Source of the DNA: Candidatus Hydrogenedentota bacterium
Lineage (GTDB): Bacteria > Hydrogenedentota > Hydrogenedentia > Hydrogenedentales > SLHB01
DNA length: 64,000 nt
Assembly: GCA_963745075.1 (NCBI GenBank)
Contig: CAVUWV010000027.1
Location: forward strand, 184,969-248,968
Direction of reading: 5' to 3'
A program made the translations under genes and the position numbers. Below, piece after piece: positions 50,647 to 62,300 of this stretch. Under the pieces are notes generated by a model. That model was not told the origin of the DNA and did not search any database. It was given only the letters and a program-made list of their open reading frames with translations. Within the stretch, counting starts at the first letter, position 1, and each line of letters begins with the position of its first letter.

Positions 50647-51948
50647 TTACGCGAGAACGGCTTCAACGTCGGCTTTGGCATCAGTCCCGATAGGCTCGAG
50701 ATCGAAACCTTCCTGGAGTACGCGCAGCACGTTGGGCGTTATGAAAGCCGGGAGCGACGGGCCCAGCACGATCCCCTTAACGCCGAGATGGAGCAGGGTT
50801 AGCAGCACCGCCACGGCTTTCTGTTCGAACCATGAGATGACAAGCGTTAACGGCAGATCGTTGACGCCGCAGTCAAAGGCCTTTGCCAGCGCCAAAGCGA
50901 CCTGCACGGCGCCGTACGCGTCGTTGCACTGTCCCATGTCGAGTAGACGCGGAAGGCCCGCAACCGTGCCGTAGTCGTAGTCGCGAATCCGGAACTTTCC
51001 GCAACCCAGGGTCAGGATCAAGGTGTCGTCCGGCGTGCTTTGGGCGTATTGTGCGAAGTAGTTCCGTCCCGGTTCCGCGCCGTCGCATCCGCCGATTACG
51101 AAGAAGCGGCGAATCTGTCCCGCCTTCACGGCCTCGACCACTTTGTCCGCCAGGCTGAGAATCGCGGTGTAGTGGAACCCAATGGTCGACGTCTTGCACT
51201 CGGTCGGCGTCAACGGTCCGATCTCCTGTGCCCGCTTGATGACAGCGGAGAAGTCGTTTGTCGTCAGCCGGGTGGCTCCCGGCACGGCGGTGACGCGGGT
51301 GGTGAAGAAGCGGTCCAGATACGTATTCACCGGCCCGGGGATCAGCACGCAATTGGTCGTGGCCAGGATCGGCCCTCCGAAGGATTCGAACTCGATGCGC
51401 TGTTTTTGCCACGCGCCGCCGTAGTTGCCGGCGAGGTGGGGATATTTCTTCAATTCCGGGTACATGTGGGCCGGCAGCATCTCGCCGTGGGTGTAAACCT
51501 TGATTCCCATGCCGGCGGTCTGTTCGAGCAGGTCTTTGAGATCGACCATGTCGTGACCGGTTACGAGGATTCCCGGACCCTCCTGAAGACCTTCTTTTAC
51601 CTCCACCGGTTCGGGCATACCGAGAGTCTCGACGTGACCGTCATTGAGGAGCTGCATGGTTCTCAAATTCATGCGGCCGCATTCGAGCACGAGGTCCAGA
51701 AGACTCTCCATGTCGAAGTTAACGTTTGTCACCGTCGCGAAGAGCGCTTCTTCCACAAAGGCATCGACTTCCGGGTCCGTCTTGCCAAGCCGCCGGGCGT
51801 GATGTTTGTACGCACACATGCCTTTCAGGCCGTACAGGAGAATCTTCTGCAGCGATTCCACGTCCGGATTCTTGCCGCACAGCCCGATGTCGCGGCAGGC
51901 AACCCCATCGGCCGTCTGCTCGCACTGGTCACAGTACATCCCACTCAT
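50647..51948 (-). CDS. hcp: Hybrid cluster protein (hydroxylamine/NO reductase), short form
   Basis: MYCDQCEQT...C...GLCGK, TGHD, YTHGEMLPAH, TTNC, GGCDG, LGCGKFR, GQCNDAY, SWFEQKA. Confidence 0.95.
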   Translation of the reverse strand: MSGMYCDQCEQTADGVACRDIGLCGKNPDVESLQKILLYGLKGMCAYKHHARRLGKTDPEVDAFVEEALFATVTNVNFDMESLLDLVLECGRMNLRTMQLLNDGHVETLGMPEPVEVKEGLQEGPGILVTGHDMVDLKDLLEQTAGMGIKVYTHGEMLPAHMYPELKKYPHLAGNYGGAWQKQRIEFESFGGPILATTNCVLIPGPVNTYLDRFFTTRVTAVPGATRLTTNDFSAVIKRAQEIGPLTPTECKTSTIGFHYTAILSLADKVVEAVKAGQIRRFFVIGGCDGAEPGRNYFAQYAQSTPDDTLILTLGCGKFRIRDYDYGTVAGLPRLLDMGQCNDAYGAVQVALALAKAFDCGVNDLPLTLVISWFEQKAVAVLLTLLHLGVKGIVLGPSLPAFITPNVLRVLQEGFDLEPIGTDAKADVEAVLA

Positions 51949-52585
51949 TGCTTCCTTCCTTTCTATCGCGTGATTGCCAAGCGCTCGAAGCGGCACACCT
52001 GTGTTTCTCACAGCGGTCCTGTTGCGGATTACGTTGGGTCGCAGCTCCGGCGGCGGGTTGCCCTCGGCTGGACGGATCGGGCAGGCAAAGCCGTGGTTAC
52101 GGCAGTGTGGCGAATGGTACGACCAACGTCGCGACGATTGCCCACAACCAACCCAGCGTCACGACAAGGCCGAATACCATCGCCACGAAAAGCATTGGAA
52201 CCGGCTTGTTTTCCTGTTTCAGGTTTTGCATGTGAAGGTCTCTCCCACTCCGGGTCCCACACGGGGGGACGATGTCTGGACAGTCAAAAGTATCGTTGGA
52301 GAGAGCAGGAAGCATGCCAAAGCCTCTTTGGAGCGAGCGCTTGTATAATGCATTCGGAATTCGTGTTTTACGAAAGTCTCCACAAGAGGCCGGAGGGCAG
52401 GTGCGTTCATGGGGTGTCCGACAGGACAGAATTGCCAGGACAGATCTGCGCCCGTGAGGTCGATGTCGACTTGAGCATGTTTCGGGGCATCGGAACGAAT
52501 AAACCCATGACCGTGAAACCAGGTGCGGCGGGATACGAATCTTTTGAAGGATGCCCTACTGCGTGGCATAGTCATTGAGGCCAAG

Positions 52586-53941
52586 ATGGGGAGTGACTGT
52601 GTGCCCGAACCAGAATCAGTAGCGCGGAACCTCGAGCAACGCCTCGCCACGATACCGCTCGTGGACCCCCACACCCATCTGGATGCGGCGCATCTGCCGG
52701 CGCGGGGGCTGGACGACATCCTTCTATACCACATGGCCGTCAGCGATTTGTTTGCGGCGGGGTGTCCGAACGGAACTCGTGTGCCGGAAGACCGTACGAA
52801 CGCGGAGGCGCAGCGGCGAATCATCGAGGCTTTGCCCCATCTGTCCAAGGTGCGGAACACGTCGATCTCCTGGGGCGTCCGGATTATTCTGTGTGATTTG
52901 TACGACTGGCACGAAACCGTCACGGCCGAAAACTGGGAGCGGCTCGATGCGCGCATTCGCGAGCGGTCTGCGGATTCGACGTGGCCCCGGGAAATCCTGA
53001 AACGCGCGGGGATCGTGCGGGCCGGCACGGAACTTTGGCGCGGGCGGGACGGCTCGGCAAACGATATCCTGCAATACTCGCTGGAGTGGGCGTTCTTCGC
53101 GCGCACGCAGTGGGGCCAACCGGATATTCCGGTTTATGAACTGGAGCGCGCATGGAACGCGACAGAACCGGGGGCGCCGATCCCGGTGACCTTCGATCGG
53201 GCGTCGGCGCCGCCGTTGGAGCGGACGATTCGAACGGTGGACGACGTGGACGCGGCGGTGGCGCATTACTGCAAATTGATTCCCTACAACAACGTTATGG
53301 CGACGGCGCAACACCTGTCGACGGATATCGACTACACCGAACCCGACACGTCCGCCATGCAGGCAGCCTTGCGCAACCGGGCCAGTGCGCGCGCGGCGGA
53401 ACGGGACGTGTACGCGAGCTACATCCTGCGCCGTTTTCTGGCGGAGTTGACCAAGCGCAGTGAGAATATCGTATTTCAGTTCTCGCTAGGCGCGGAGCCG
53501 TTGCCGTATGAGTCCGCCGCCCGCCTCAGCCAACGTACGATCCAACAGTTAGCGGAACTTATCGCGCGGTATCCCGAAGTCCGGTTCATGTGTTTTCTCG
53601 CGAGCCGCCACGGGAACCAGTCCCTCTGTACGCTCGCACGGGAATTGCCCAACCTTTCCCTTGCGGGATATTGGTGGCACAACTTCTTCCCGGGCGCTAT
53701 CCGGCAAGTCATGGAGGAACGTCTGGACATGCTGCCCGTCAACAAGCAGATCGGATTTTTCAGCGATGCCTACTGCGCCGAATGGTCCTACGCCAAGGCA
53801 GTGATGGTGCGAAAGCTGTTGGCCGACGTGCTCGGGCACAAGATCGCGCAGGGCCAGTATTCGGAGGATGAGGCATTGGGGATCGCGAAGGCAATCCTGC
53901 ACGATTCCTCGCAGGAGCTGCTGGGGATGAAAGAGAAGTGA
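52586..53941 (+). CDS. Amidohydrolase-superfamily protein, uronate isomerase (UxaC)-like
   Basis: IPLVDPHTHL, LLYHMAVSDL, GYWWHN, GFFSDAY; start uncertain. Confidence 0.75.
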   Translation: MGSDCVPEPESVARNLEQRLATIPLVDPHTHLDAAHLPARGLDDILLYHMAVSDLFAAGCPNGTRVPEDRTNAEAQRRIIEALPHLSKVRNTSISWGVRIILCDLYDWHETVTAENWERLDARIRERSADSTWPREILKRAGIVRAGTELWRGRDGSANDILQYSLEWAFFARTQWGQPDIPVYELERAWNATEPGAPIPVTFDRASAPPLERTIRTVDDVDAAVAHYCKLIPYNNVMATAQHLSTDIDYTEPDTSAMQAALRNRASARAAERDVYASYILRRFLAELTKRSENIVFQFSLGAEPLPYESAARLSQRTIQQLAELIARYPEVRFMCFLASRHGNQSLCTLARELPNLSLAGYWWHNFFPGAIRQVMEERLDMLPVNKQIGFFSDAYCAEWSYAKAVMVRKLLADVLGHKIAQGQYSEDEALGIAKAILHDSSQELLGMKEK

Positions 53942-53974
53942 ACCGAAGATAGCCAGCGTGGATGAGATTGGGGG

Positions 53975-56397
53975 ATGGGGAACATGTTTTTTCAGAAGAC
54001 ACCTGCTGTCGCGCGGGGACACTTGTCATTGCGACAGTTCGGATTGATGCTCAGCTTGGCTTTTCTCGTCGTAGGCCAAGTTTGCGCTGCGCCTGGTGCG
54101 AAGTCGGACGAAATAGTCGTTCAGGATGGCGCATGTCGAATTGCGTTCGATGGAGAGACCGGGGCACTGCGCACGATTACCAACCTTCTTACCCATGACT
54201 CCTGCCTGAAGGGCGAAGACCTCGCCGCGATGCCGTTTCGCGTGTACGCGGATTTGACGACGGAATTCGTGATTCCGCTGAACGAGAGATTTCAGTTGGT
54301 CTTTCAAGATCCCGGCACCATTACCAAGAAGACGTTGACGCCGGGAACCTGCGAACTGGTCCATGTCCAAAACGACGACGATGGACTTGAGTTGCGTTAC
54401 CGCGGCGACGGACTGGAAATCGAGCTTGGCGTTTCGTTGCCCGGTACGCCCGGCGTGTCCGACTGGGCGCTGCGCATCAAGAATGTGGGCGACGACACGC
54501 GCGAAGTGCTCGCGTGTTTCCCGTATCTCGACGGGGTGCGTTTGGGTCCGGAACCGTCCGGCAATCTGGCCACGGCCATGGATCAGGCCGGCGTAACCGT
54601 GCCTGCGTGGGCGCGTGCGGGCGGCGTGTTGGGGGAGAGCAACCAACTCTCGATGCAGTGGCACGCGGTATGGGATCCCGAGTCCCGCAACGCGTTGGCG
54701 CTTATCTTCATGGACCCGGAGGTTCATCCCAAGCGGCTGGTGTTGGCCGAGCCGAGTATCGCGCTACAGCACTTTCCTCCCGTGAAGCTGGTGCCGGGAG
54801 ATGTATATGCAGTTCCGCCTGCGCGTGTCTTCGTATACCAAGGGGATTGGCGGCCGGCCGCGCGGTTGTACCGTGCCTGGTACGACGCGGCGTATCCCAA
54901 GGTCGAACCGCCGGAATGGTTTCGCCGGTCCAACGGCGAGACGGGCCGCCATTTTAAGAAAGGCGGTCCGGGCATCGAAGCGGACTACGGTATCCAGTAC
55001 GCCCTCGAAAGTTTCCGCGAACTTCCAGCCGCACGTATTCAATCGCCGCTCGACAACTGGGAACTCGCGTTCTACAGCCACCGCTGCATGCTCGGCATTC
55101 ACACGGACGGCGACAACATCGTGCGCGAAGACATGGGAGGACCCGAAGCGTTGCGCGACGGCATTGCCGGATCGCAGCACCTGGGACTGCACACGACGCT
55201 CTACGTAGAAGGGTATATCGTCAGCAAGGAAAGCGATCTGGCCCGGACCGGCAAGGCCCAACGTTGGGCGGTGATGCAAAGAGACGGCACGCAAACCGGG
55301 CCTTATCCAAGCAAGGGTTTTATCACATGTGTCCGGGGTGCGTGGAGTGGCAGGACCACTTGGCGGAATCGGTGGGACGTTTGCTTCGTCAGACTGGCGC
55401 GGATGGGATTCGCCTCGACTCGTTGGGGTTCTACTATCTGCCTTGCTATAACCCGGCGCATCACCACAAGGATCCGTTTGGATATAACGAATGGATCAAA
55501 CAGCTTTTGGCCAAGGTGCGCGCGTCGGCCATCGCGGAGAATCCGAACGTGCTGCTGCTGACCGAGGGTTCCGCGGATTGGTACGGCCAATGGTTTCACG
55601 GCGCACTGACCAGCCGCTGCACGCCGGACCTCACGATGATGCGGTTGGCCGTGGGGCCGTTTCGTCCTTACGTCTACGCCACCGGTGCATTGTGGGGATC
55701 GCTCTCCGGGTACGCCGGGGGCGGCTGCGATGGCAAAGACGCCGTCGGGCTGGACTGGAACTGGATGTGCGCGCGGTATCCCGCGCACGAAGCCTTGGTC
55801 TGGGGCGATGTGACGGATGATCCCCTGGCTTCCGATCCGGAAATCGTGACGCGCTGCTTCGTGGGCGACGGGTACTGGGCCATCGTCGCGGCGCGTCCCG
55901 CAAGCCAGGACCCGTTCATGTGGCCGCGAGGTACGACCATCGCCGACACGCACCGGCCGTATACGGTGACCGTACCGGGGCTGGGTTCGCAGGTGGCGGA
56001 TGCCGCGCTCTGCGACATCGAAACGCTCACATGGACGCCGCTCGAACTCGAACGGGACGGCGACGATGTGCGCATGCACTTGGAGACCAACTGGGCGCTC
56101 GTGATTCTTCGGAAACCGGACGGCCCCGCGGTCGTCGCGTTCGACCGATTAGCATCTTGTGCCCGAGGCGGTGCAACGTCGCTTCAGCTCGTACCTCTGA
56201 CGCCCGGAGAAGTGGGTCATGACGCGTTGCAAGCTGTAACGGTGACCGCACCCGGCCTTGATGTATCGCCCTCAAAGAGCACGGAATCGGGCGAATTCAC
56301 CATCCACGTGCCGGCCGACGCCCTGCCCGGCAGCTATCCCGTCGCAGCGGACAGAGAAAACGTGCTGGGGGCGAAGCGCCTTCTGGTCGTGGAGTGA
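53975..56397 (+). CDS. Exported glycoside-hydrolase-like (TIM barrel) protein, one frameshift near 55305
   Basis: Signal peptide; ORFs 53975-55561 and 55264-56397 join as ...GTQTGPY/KQGFYHMCPG...GADGIRLDSLG. The frameshift is probably a sequencing error. Confidence 0.68.
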
Positions 56398-56412
56398 CGC
56401 GGGTGCGATGCG

Positions 56413-58609
56413 TCATTGCCCCGGCGGCTTGTCGGGGAACCAGCGTTTCTTGTCGGCGGCTTGGGCGTAGGGGAGGTTGAGGTTGCGCCAGACGAGGGCT
56501 TTGTAGAACTTGTCGGCGGCTTGGGGGTCTCGGTCTTTGAGGTACACGCCGCCCCAGTACAGGGCGCTGGCGCATTCACGTCGTTATCGGGCGAGTATTC
56601 GGCGGCTTGCCACATGAGGTCCGACGCGACGTAGCGGTAGTGGAAGCGTTTGTCCGGGTCGGGGGCGTGGTCTTTTGCGCGCTGCACTTCGTCGTCGGAG
56701 GCCATGAGCACGGTGACCAGCGCGGGGTTCAGGTCTTTGTCCGAGGGCGGGGTTTGTTTGCAGCGATTTCCCGTCGCGCCGGTCAGCTCATAGTTACCAC
56801 CGTAAAGGGTCCAGTCGGGTTCGACCTCGGTGCCGGTGAGTTCCATGCCGTCGCTCCGCATGATCTTCGCGGCGTTATAGAACGCGTCTGCGCGGGGCCG
56901 GTCGATGGTACGGTCGGGTTGACTGCCCCAGAGGCCGGAGAAGAAGTCTGACACGGACTCTCCAATACCCTTTTCCGGCTTAGGGGCGTGCGCCTTCGCG
57001 AGGTACCTCATGAGGTTTTCCGCCGTAGCCCGATCGGCGTCGGCGTACAACGGCAAGGCGGCATCCCATTGGTCCAGGCGGGCCAGCCGCCGCGCCAGGA
57101 GGCGTTGCAGCAAGGTGTATCGCGTCATTTGATCGTTCCAGTAGCCGAACCCGTCCAGGATCTGTGCAAGATCCGGATCGCCGGCGTGTTCACTCACATA
57201 TGTCTTCAGCTCGTCAATGGACAGCACGCGTTCCGCCACGTAGGCGGCATCTATCCAGTACCCCGCGCGCATGATGCAGTCCAGGGCGTCTACGTAGTCC
57301 TGGCGGCCCAACAGCAACACGCCCAGTTCTGCATGGGCGATTTCGCGCGGCGTGGTGTCGGCTTCATATCCGAGCACCCAGCGTTCGTCGGGCGGAAAGG
57401 CTTTAGAGACCGTGCGCAAGACGTCGAGGGCCTCATCGATCTTACCGTCGCGCAGCAGGAGTTTCGATTTCACCCACTGCGCGTACAACGAAGCAGGATC
57501 GGCCGCGTCCAGCCAACGCCGCGCCATGGCCATATCGCCATTGTTATATGCGGACCACGCAAGGCGGTCCGCGCCGTCGATCTTACCGTCCGGGTGTTGG
57601 GCGGATACGGCGTCGAGCCAGCGTTGATTGGTCTCGGGATAGGGATAGGCGTTGGGGTGTGCCACGACCCAGGCCGTCATCACCCGCTCACAGACGGGAT
57701 CGGCCGCGAGGCTTTGTAAGGATTTCGGTTCGTTCATGGCCCGCGTGCATAACCAGCGCAGGGAGGTATACGCGGTGTATCGCTCGTCGCCCGTGCCGTC
57801 GCGGTATTGGTTTACGTACAACTGCATCGCGGCGGCATACTCGCCCGAGTTCATGGCCACGTTCGCCTGCCACCCCAGGCTGTCGGTGACCAGTCCCAGG
57901 CTGTCGTGGAATCCAGCCGCGGCGAGTTCACGCGCCTGCGCAAAATATCGAATGCATTCGGCGGGATCGGAGTCGTGAAACGTCTTGCCGAGCATGTACG
58001 CGGCCCAGACAGATCGGTACGGACGTTCCGCCTCGGGCAAATCGAGCAGTTCCTTCCAGCGGGCGGCCGCCGTTTCGGCATCCTCGGCCCGGTAGGCAGC
58101 GGCACCCCGCACGTACAGGGTAAACTCCGCCGGGATCGAATTCAGCAGATCAGAAACTCGGGACAAATTGAACGGCATTGGCGTGACATGGTTCGTATTG
58201 TCCGGCGGTGATGGAGCATAGGGATCCGGCGGGAGCGGGACGACGTTCGGCAAGGGCGTCGCTTCGTTCATGGCGTTGCGCACCTGCGTGTATGCTTCGA
58301 CCTGCTTCTGGATCGAATCCGCGTCGTCGCCGCGCGCATTTAACGCTTCCTTCAGATCGGCCACGTCAGCGGCAAGTGTGCGGTCCCACGAGTTCTCCTG
58401 CGATTTGGTCGTTTGCTCTTCGGAATTCGGTCGGTTGCCCCAAGGCGACCGCCAACTCGTGATAGAACGCGGCTTCGGGCATGCGAAGAACATCTTCTTC
58501 TGCGCCAAAGGTCAGGTAGGCATTCGGAAAGAAACGGTCCGCAGGCGTGTGCCCTTGGCGAGATGAATGTCAGGACAAGTAGAATGGTGCGCGCGAACTT
58601 GAGTTTCAT
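56413..58609 (-). CDS. Exported TPR-like hypothetical protein, frameshifted near 58530 and 56575
   Basis: Signal MKLKFARTILLV...AHA|CGPF; TPR-like LYVRGAAAY, WAAYMLGK; RFHYRY. After the second shift it ends ALYWGGVYLKDRDPQAADKFYKALV...PPGQ*. Confidence 0.7.
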
Positions 58610-58690
58610 AGCAGCTAACCTTTGACACACGATTTGGCTTAGGAGTCCGGTATCTATCTTGTCAAAGATAGTTGATACCTTCAACGTGGA

Positions 58691-59083
58691 TTATCGTTCC
58701 GGTGCATTCCCATTCAATTGAATCTGCGCAAGACGCTCCTGAATAGCCGCCAACGCTTGCTGGACGCTGTCAAACCGGATTGAAACACTCGGACGTACCA
58801 GGAGACGGTGAGAAACAGAGCGATCAGCATCACCGCCGGCGCGACAGCTCGCGATCGTCGATGTGGTAAGGCTGCGCCCGTAGGCTGATTCCAATACGCC
58901 CCCGAAAACCAGCAATACGACAAACGCAAGCCACACAACGATCGCCGCAATACGAATTCGGTGAATCTGTCGACGCTTTCTTTCGATAGTCATCACGATC
59001 CTCCTTTCGAGGCCGGTTATCGGTCTCCATTTGTTTGGTCGAGGAATTTCTAATGGCGTGTCAAACCGCCCTTGCTCACTCAT
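58691..59083 (-). CDS. Small membrane protein, putative anti-sigma factor
   Basis: Overlaps the ECF sigma stop; two hydrophobic segments, with a probable indel in the second. Confidence 0.55.
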   Translation of the reverse strand: MSEQGRFDTPLEIPRPNKWRPITGLERRIVMTIERKRRQIHRIRIAAIVVWLAFVVLLVFGGVLESAYGRSLTTSTIASCRAGGDADRSVSHRLLVRPSVSIRFDSVQQALAAIQERLAQIQLNGNAPER

Positions 59084-59334
59084 CGGTTTGCCCTTCCAGG
59101 AGGCGGCGCAGCGCCACCTTCGCATTGTGTAGACGCGATTTAACGGTGCCAGCAGTGGCGCCGGTCGCCATGGACAGCTCCTCGTAGCTCATGCCTTCCA
59201 GAAAGCGTAAGGCCAGTATCTCGCGGTGGATGGCGCTCAAGTGGTCCAACGCTTGGTTCAAGCGAGGTCCGTAACGGTCGGAGTCCGAATCCTCGGGCTC
59301 TTCGGAGGTTGCTTCCATGTCCAGACTCGGGAGA
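59076..59334 (-). CDS. ECF sigma factor, C-terminal region 4 only (truncated at fold-back point)
   Basis: LNQALDHLSAIHREILALRFLEGMSYEELSMATGATAGTVKSRLHNAKVALR. Confidence 0.85.
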
Positions 59335-62300
59335 TCTCACGGTTCTGGACATTGAAGCAACCTCCGCAGAGCCCGAGGATTAGTACTTTGACCAAAGCTA
59401 GAGATTCGCTTGAAGACCGAGCGTTTGGACCACTTTGAGCGCCATCCACCGCGAGATACTGGCGTGCGCGCTCTGGAAGGGATGAGCTACGAGGAGCTGT
59501 CCATGGCGACCGGCGCCGCTGCCTCACACCGTGAAATCGCGTCTACACAATGCGAAGGTGGCGCTACGCAGCCTCCTGGAAGGGCAAACCGATGAGTGAG
59601 CAACGGCGGTTTCACACGCCATTAGAATTCCTCGACAAACGAACGGAGACCGGGCTGACCCGCCTCGAAAGGAGGATCTAAATGACTATCGAAAGAAAGC
59701 GTCAACAGATTCACCGGATTCGAATTGCGGTAATAGCTGCGTGGCTCGCGTTTGTCGTATTGCTGGTTTTGGGGGGCCTGTTTTTGAGACAGCCTACAAG
59801 AGCAGCCTCACAACATCACAAATACAATTTGTCACACGTAGATGATGTTAATTGCGCCGTAACTCACTCGTCTCCTGGTACGTTCGCAGTGTTTCGATCC
59901 GGTTCGACATCGTTCAGCAAGCGTTGGCCGGGGGTCCAGACGTGTTTTGCGCAGATTCAATTAAATGGGGATGCACGGGAACGATAGTCCACGTTGAAGG
60001 TATCAACTATCTTTGACAAGATGAATCCGGAACTCCTCAGCCAAATCGTGTGTCAAAGGTCAGCTACTATGAGACTCAAGTTCGCTCGCACCATTCTACT
60101 TGTCCTGTCGTTTCTCTCACTCCGGTCTATGCCTGCGGACCATTTTTTCCAAACGCGTACCTGACTACGGCGCGGAGGAGGACGTTCTTCGCATGCCGGA
60201 AGCCGCGTTCTATCCCGAGAGTTGGCGGTCGCCTTGGGCAACCGCCGAATCGGAGGAGCGAACCCAAACGCGCAGGAGAACGCGTCGGGATCGCACGGCT
60301 TTCCGCAGCGTGGCCGATCTGAAGGAAGCGTTAAATGCGCGCGGCGACGAGAGACGCGGATTAAATCCAGAAGCGGGTGGAAGCGTCACGCAGGTGCGCA
60401 ACGCCATGAACGAAGCGACGCCCTTGCCGAACGTCGACCCGCTCTCGCCGAATCCCTATGTCCATCACCGCCGAACAATACGAACCATGTCATGCCGATG
60501 CCGTTGGATTTCTCCATTTCTAATCTGCTGAATTCGATCCCGGCGGAGTTTACCCTGTACGTGCGGGGTGCCGCTGCCTACCGGGCCGAGGATGCCGAAA
60601 CGGCGGCCGCCCGCTGGAAGGAACTGCTGCGATTTGCCCGAGGCGGAACGTCCGTTCGTTCCGTGTCGGCCGCATTATGCTCGGCAAGACGTACCATGAC
60701 TCCAATCCCGCCGAATCGATACGGTATTTTACGCAGGCGCGAACTGGCCGCGGCCGGTTTGCACGACAGCCTGAGACGGGTCACCGACAGTCTGGCTGGC
60801 AGGCGAATGTGGCCATGAACAGGGCGAATATCCGTCGCGATGCAGGTCTCGTAGAACGATGCCGCGAAGGGAGCCGCGAAGAACGTGGCACCGCGTATAC
60901 GTCCCTGCGTTGGTGCTGCACGAGCGCCATGGATACGCCGGAATCGTTACAAGACCTGGCGGCCAATCCCGTCTGCGAGCGCGTCATGACGGCCTGGGTC
61001 GTGGCGCATCCCAACGCTATCCTTATCCCAATAAACGCGGCTCGACGCCGTATCCGCCCGACACCCGGACGGTAAGATCGACGGCGCGGACCGCCTTGCG
61101 TGGTCCGCATATAACAATAGCGATATGGCCATGGCGCGGCGTTGGCTCGACGCCGGCAATGCTGCTTCGTTCTACGCGCAGTGGGTGAAATCGAACTCCT
61201 GCTGCGCAACGGTAAGATCGATCGAGGCCCTGGAACGTCTTGCGCACGGTCTCTAAAGCCTTTCCGCCGGACGAACGCTGGGTGCTCGGATATGAAGCCG
61301 ACACCACGCCGCGCGAATCGCCCATGCAGAACTGGGCGCGTACTGTGGGGCCGCCAGGACTACGTAGACGCCCTGGACTGCATGATGCGAGTTGGGTACT
61401 GGATAGATGCCGCCTACGTGGCGGAACGCGTGCTGTCCATTGACGAGCTGAAGACTATGTGAGCGAACACGCCGGCGATCCGGATCTTCACAGATCCTGG
61501 ACGGGTTCGGCTACTGGAACAATCGAATGACGCAATACACCTTGCTGCAACGCCTCCTCGCGCGGCGGCTCGCCCGCCTGGACCAATGGGATGCCGCCTT
61601 GCCGTTGTACACCCGACGCCGATCGGGCTACGGCGGAAAACCTCATGAGGTACCTCGCGAAGGCGCCGAGCCGGAAAAAGGGTATTGAAACGCGCCGTCT
61701 CAGACTTCTTCACCCGCCTCTGGGGCAGTCGACCCAACCGTCCATCGACCGGCCCCGCGCAGACAGCGTTCTATAACACCACGAAGATCTGCGGAGCGAC
61801 GGCATCGAACTCACCGGCACCAAGGTCAATCCCAAATGAAATTTTTACGTTGGTGACCTTGAGCTGACCGGTGCGACGGGAAATCGCTGCAAGCAAACGC
61901 CACCCTCGGACAAGACCTGAACCCCGCGCTGGTCACCGTGCTCATGGTCACCGAGACGAAGTGCAGCGAGCAAAAGACCACGCCCCCGACCCGGACAAAC
62001 GCTTCCACTACCGTTACGTCTCGTCGGAATCCGGCAGCCACCGATACTCAGCCGATAACGACATGCGCCATGCGCCAGCGCCTGCACTGGGCACCATGTA
62101 CCTCAAAGACCAAGACCCCAAGCCGCGCGACAAGTTCTACAAAGCCCTCGTCTGGCGCAATCTCAACCTCCCCTACGCCCAAGCCGCCGACAAGAAACGC
62201 TGAGTTCCCAACGAGCCGCCCGGGCGATGACGCATCGCACCCGCGTCACTCCACGACCAGAAGGCGCTTCGGCCCCAGCACGTTTTCTCTGCCGCTGCGA

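Noticed and set aside
55290..55325. Programmed frameshift or phase variation in the GH-like and TPR genes
   Set aside because: There is no slippery or long homopolymer tract, and the region is low quality next to the fold-back, so sequencing error is more likely.
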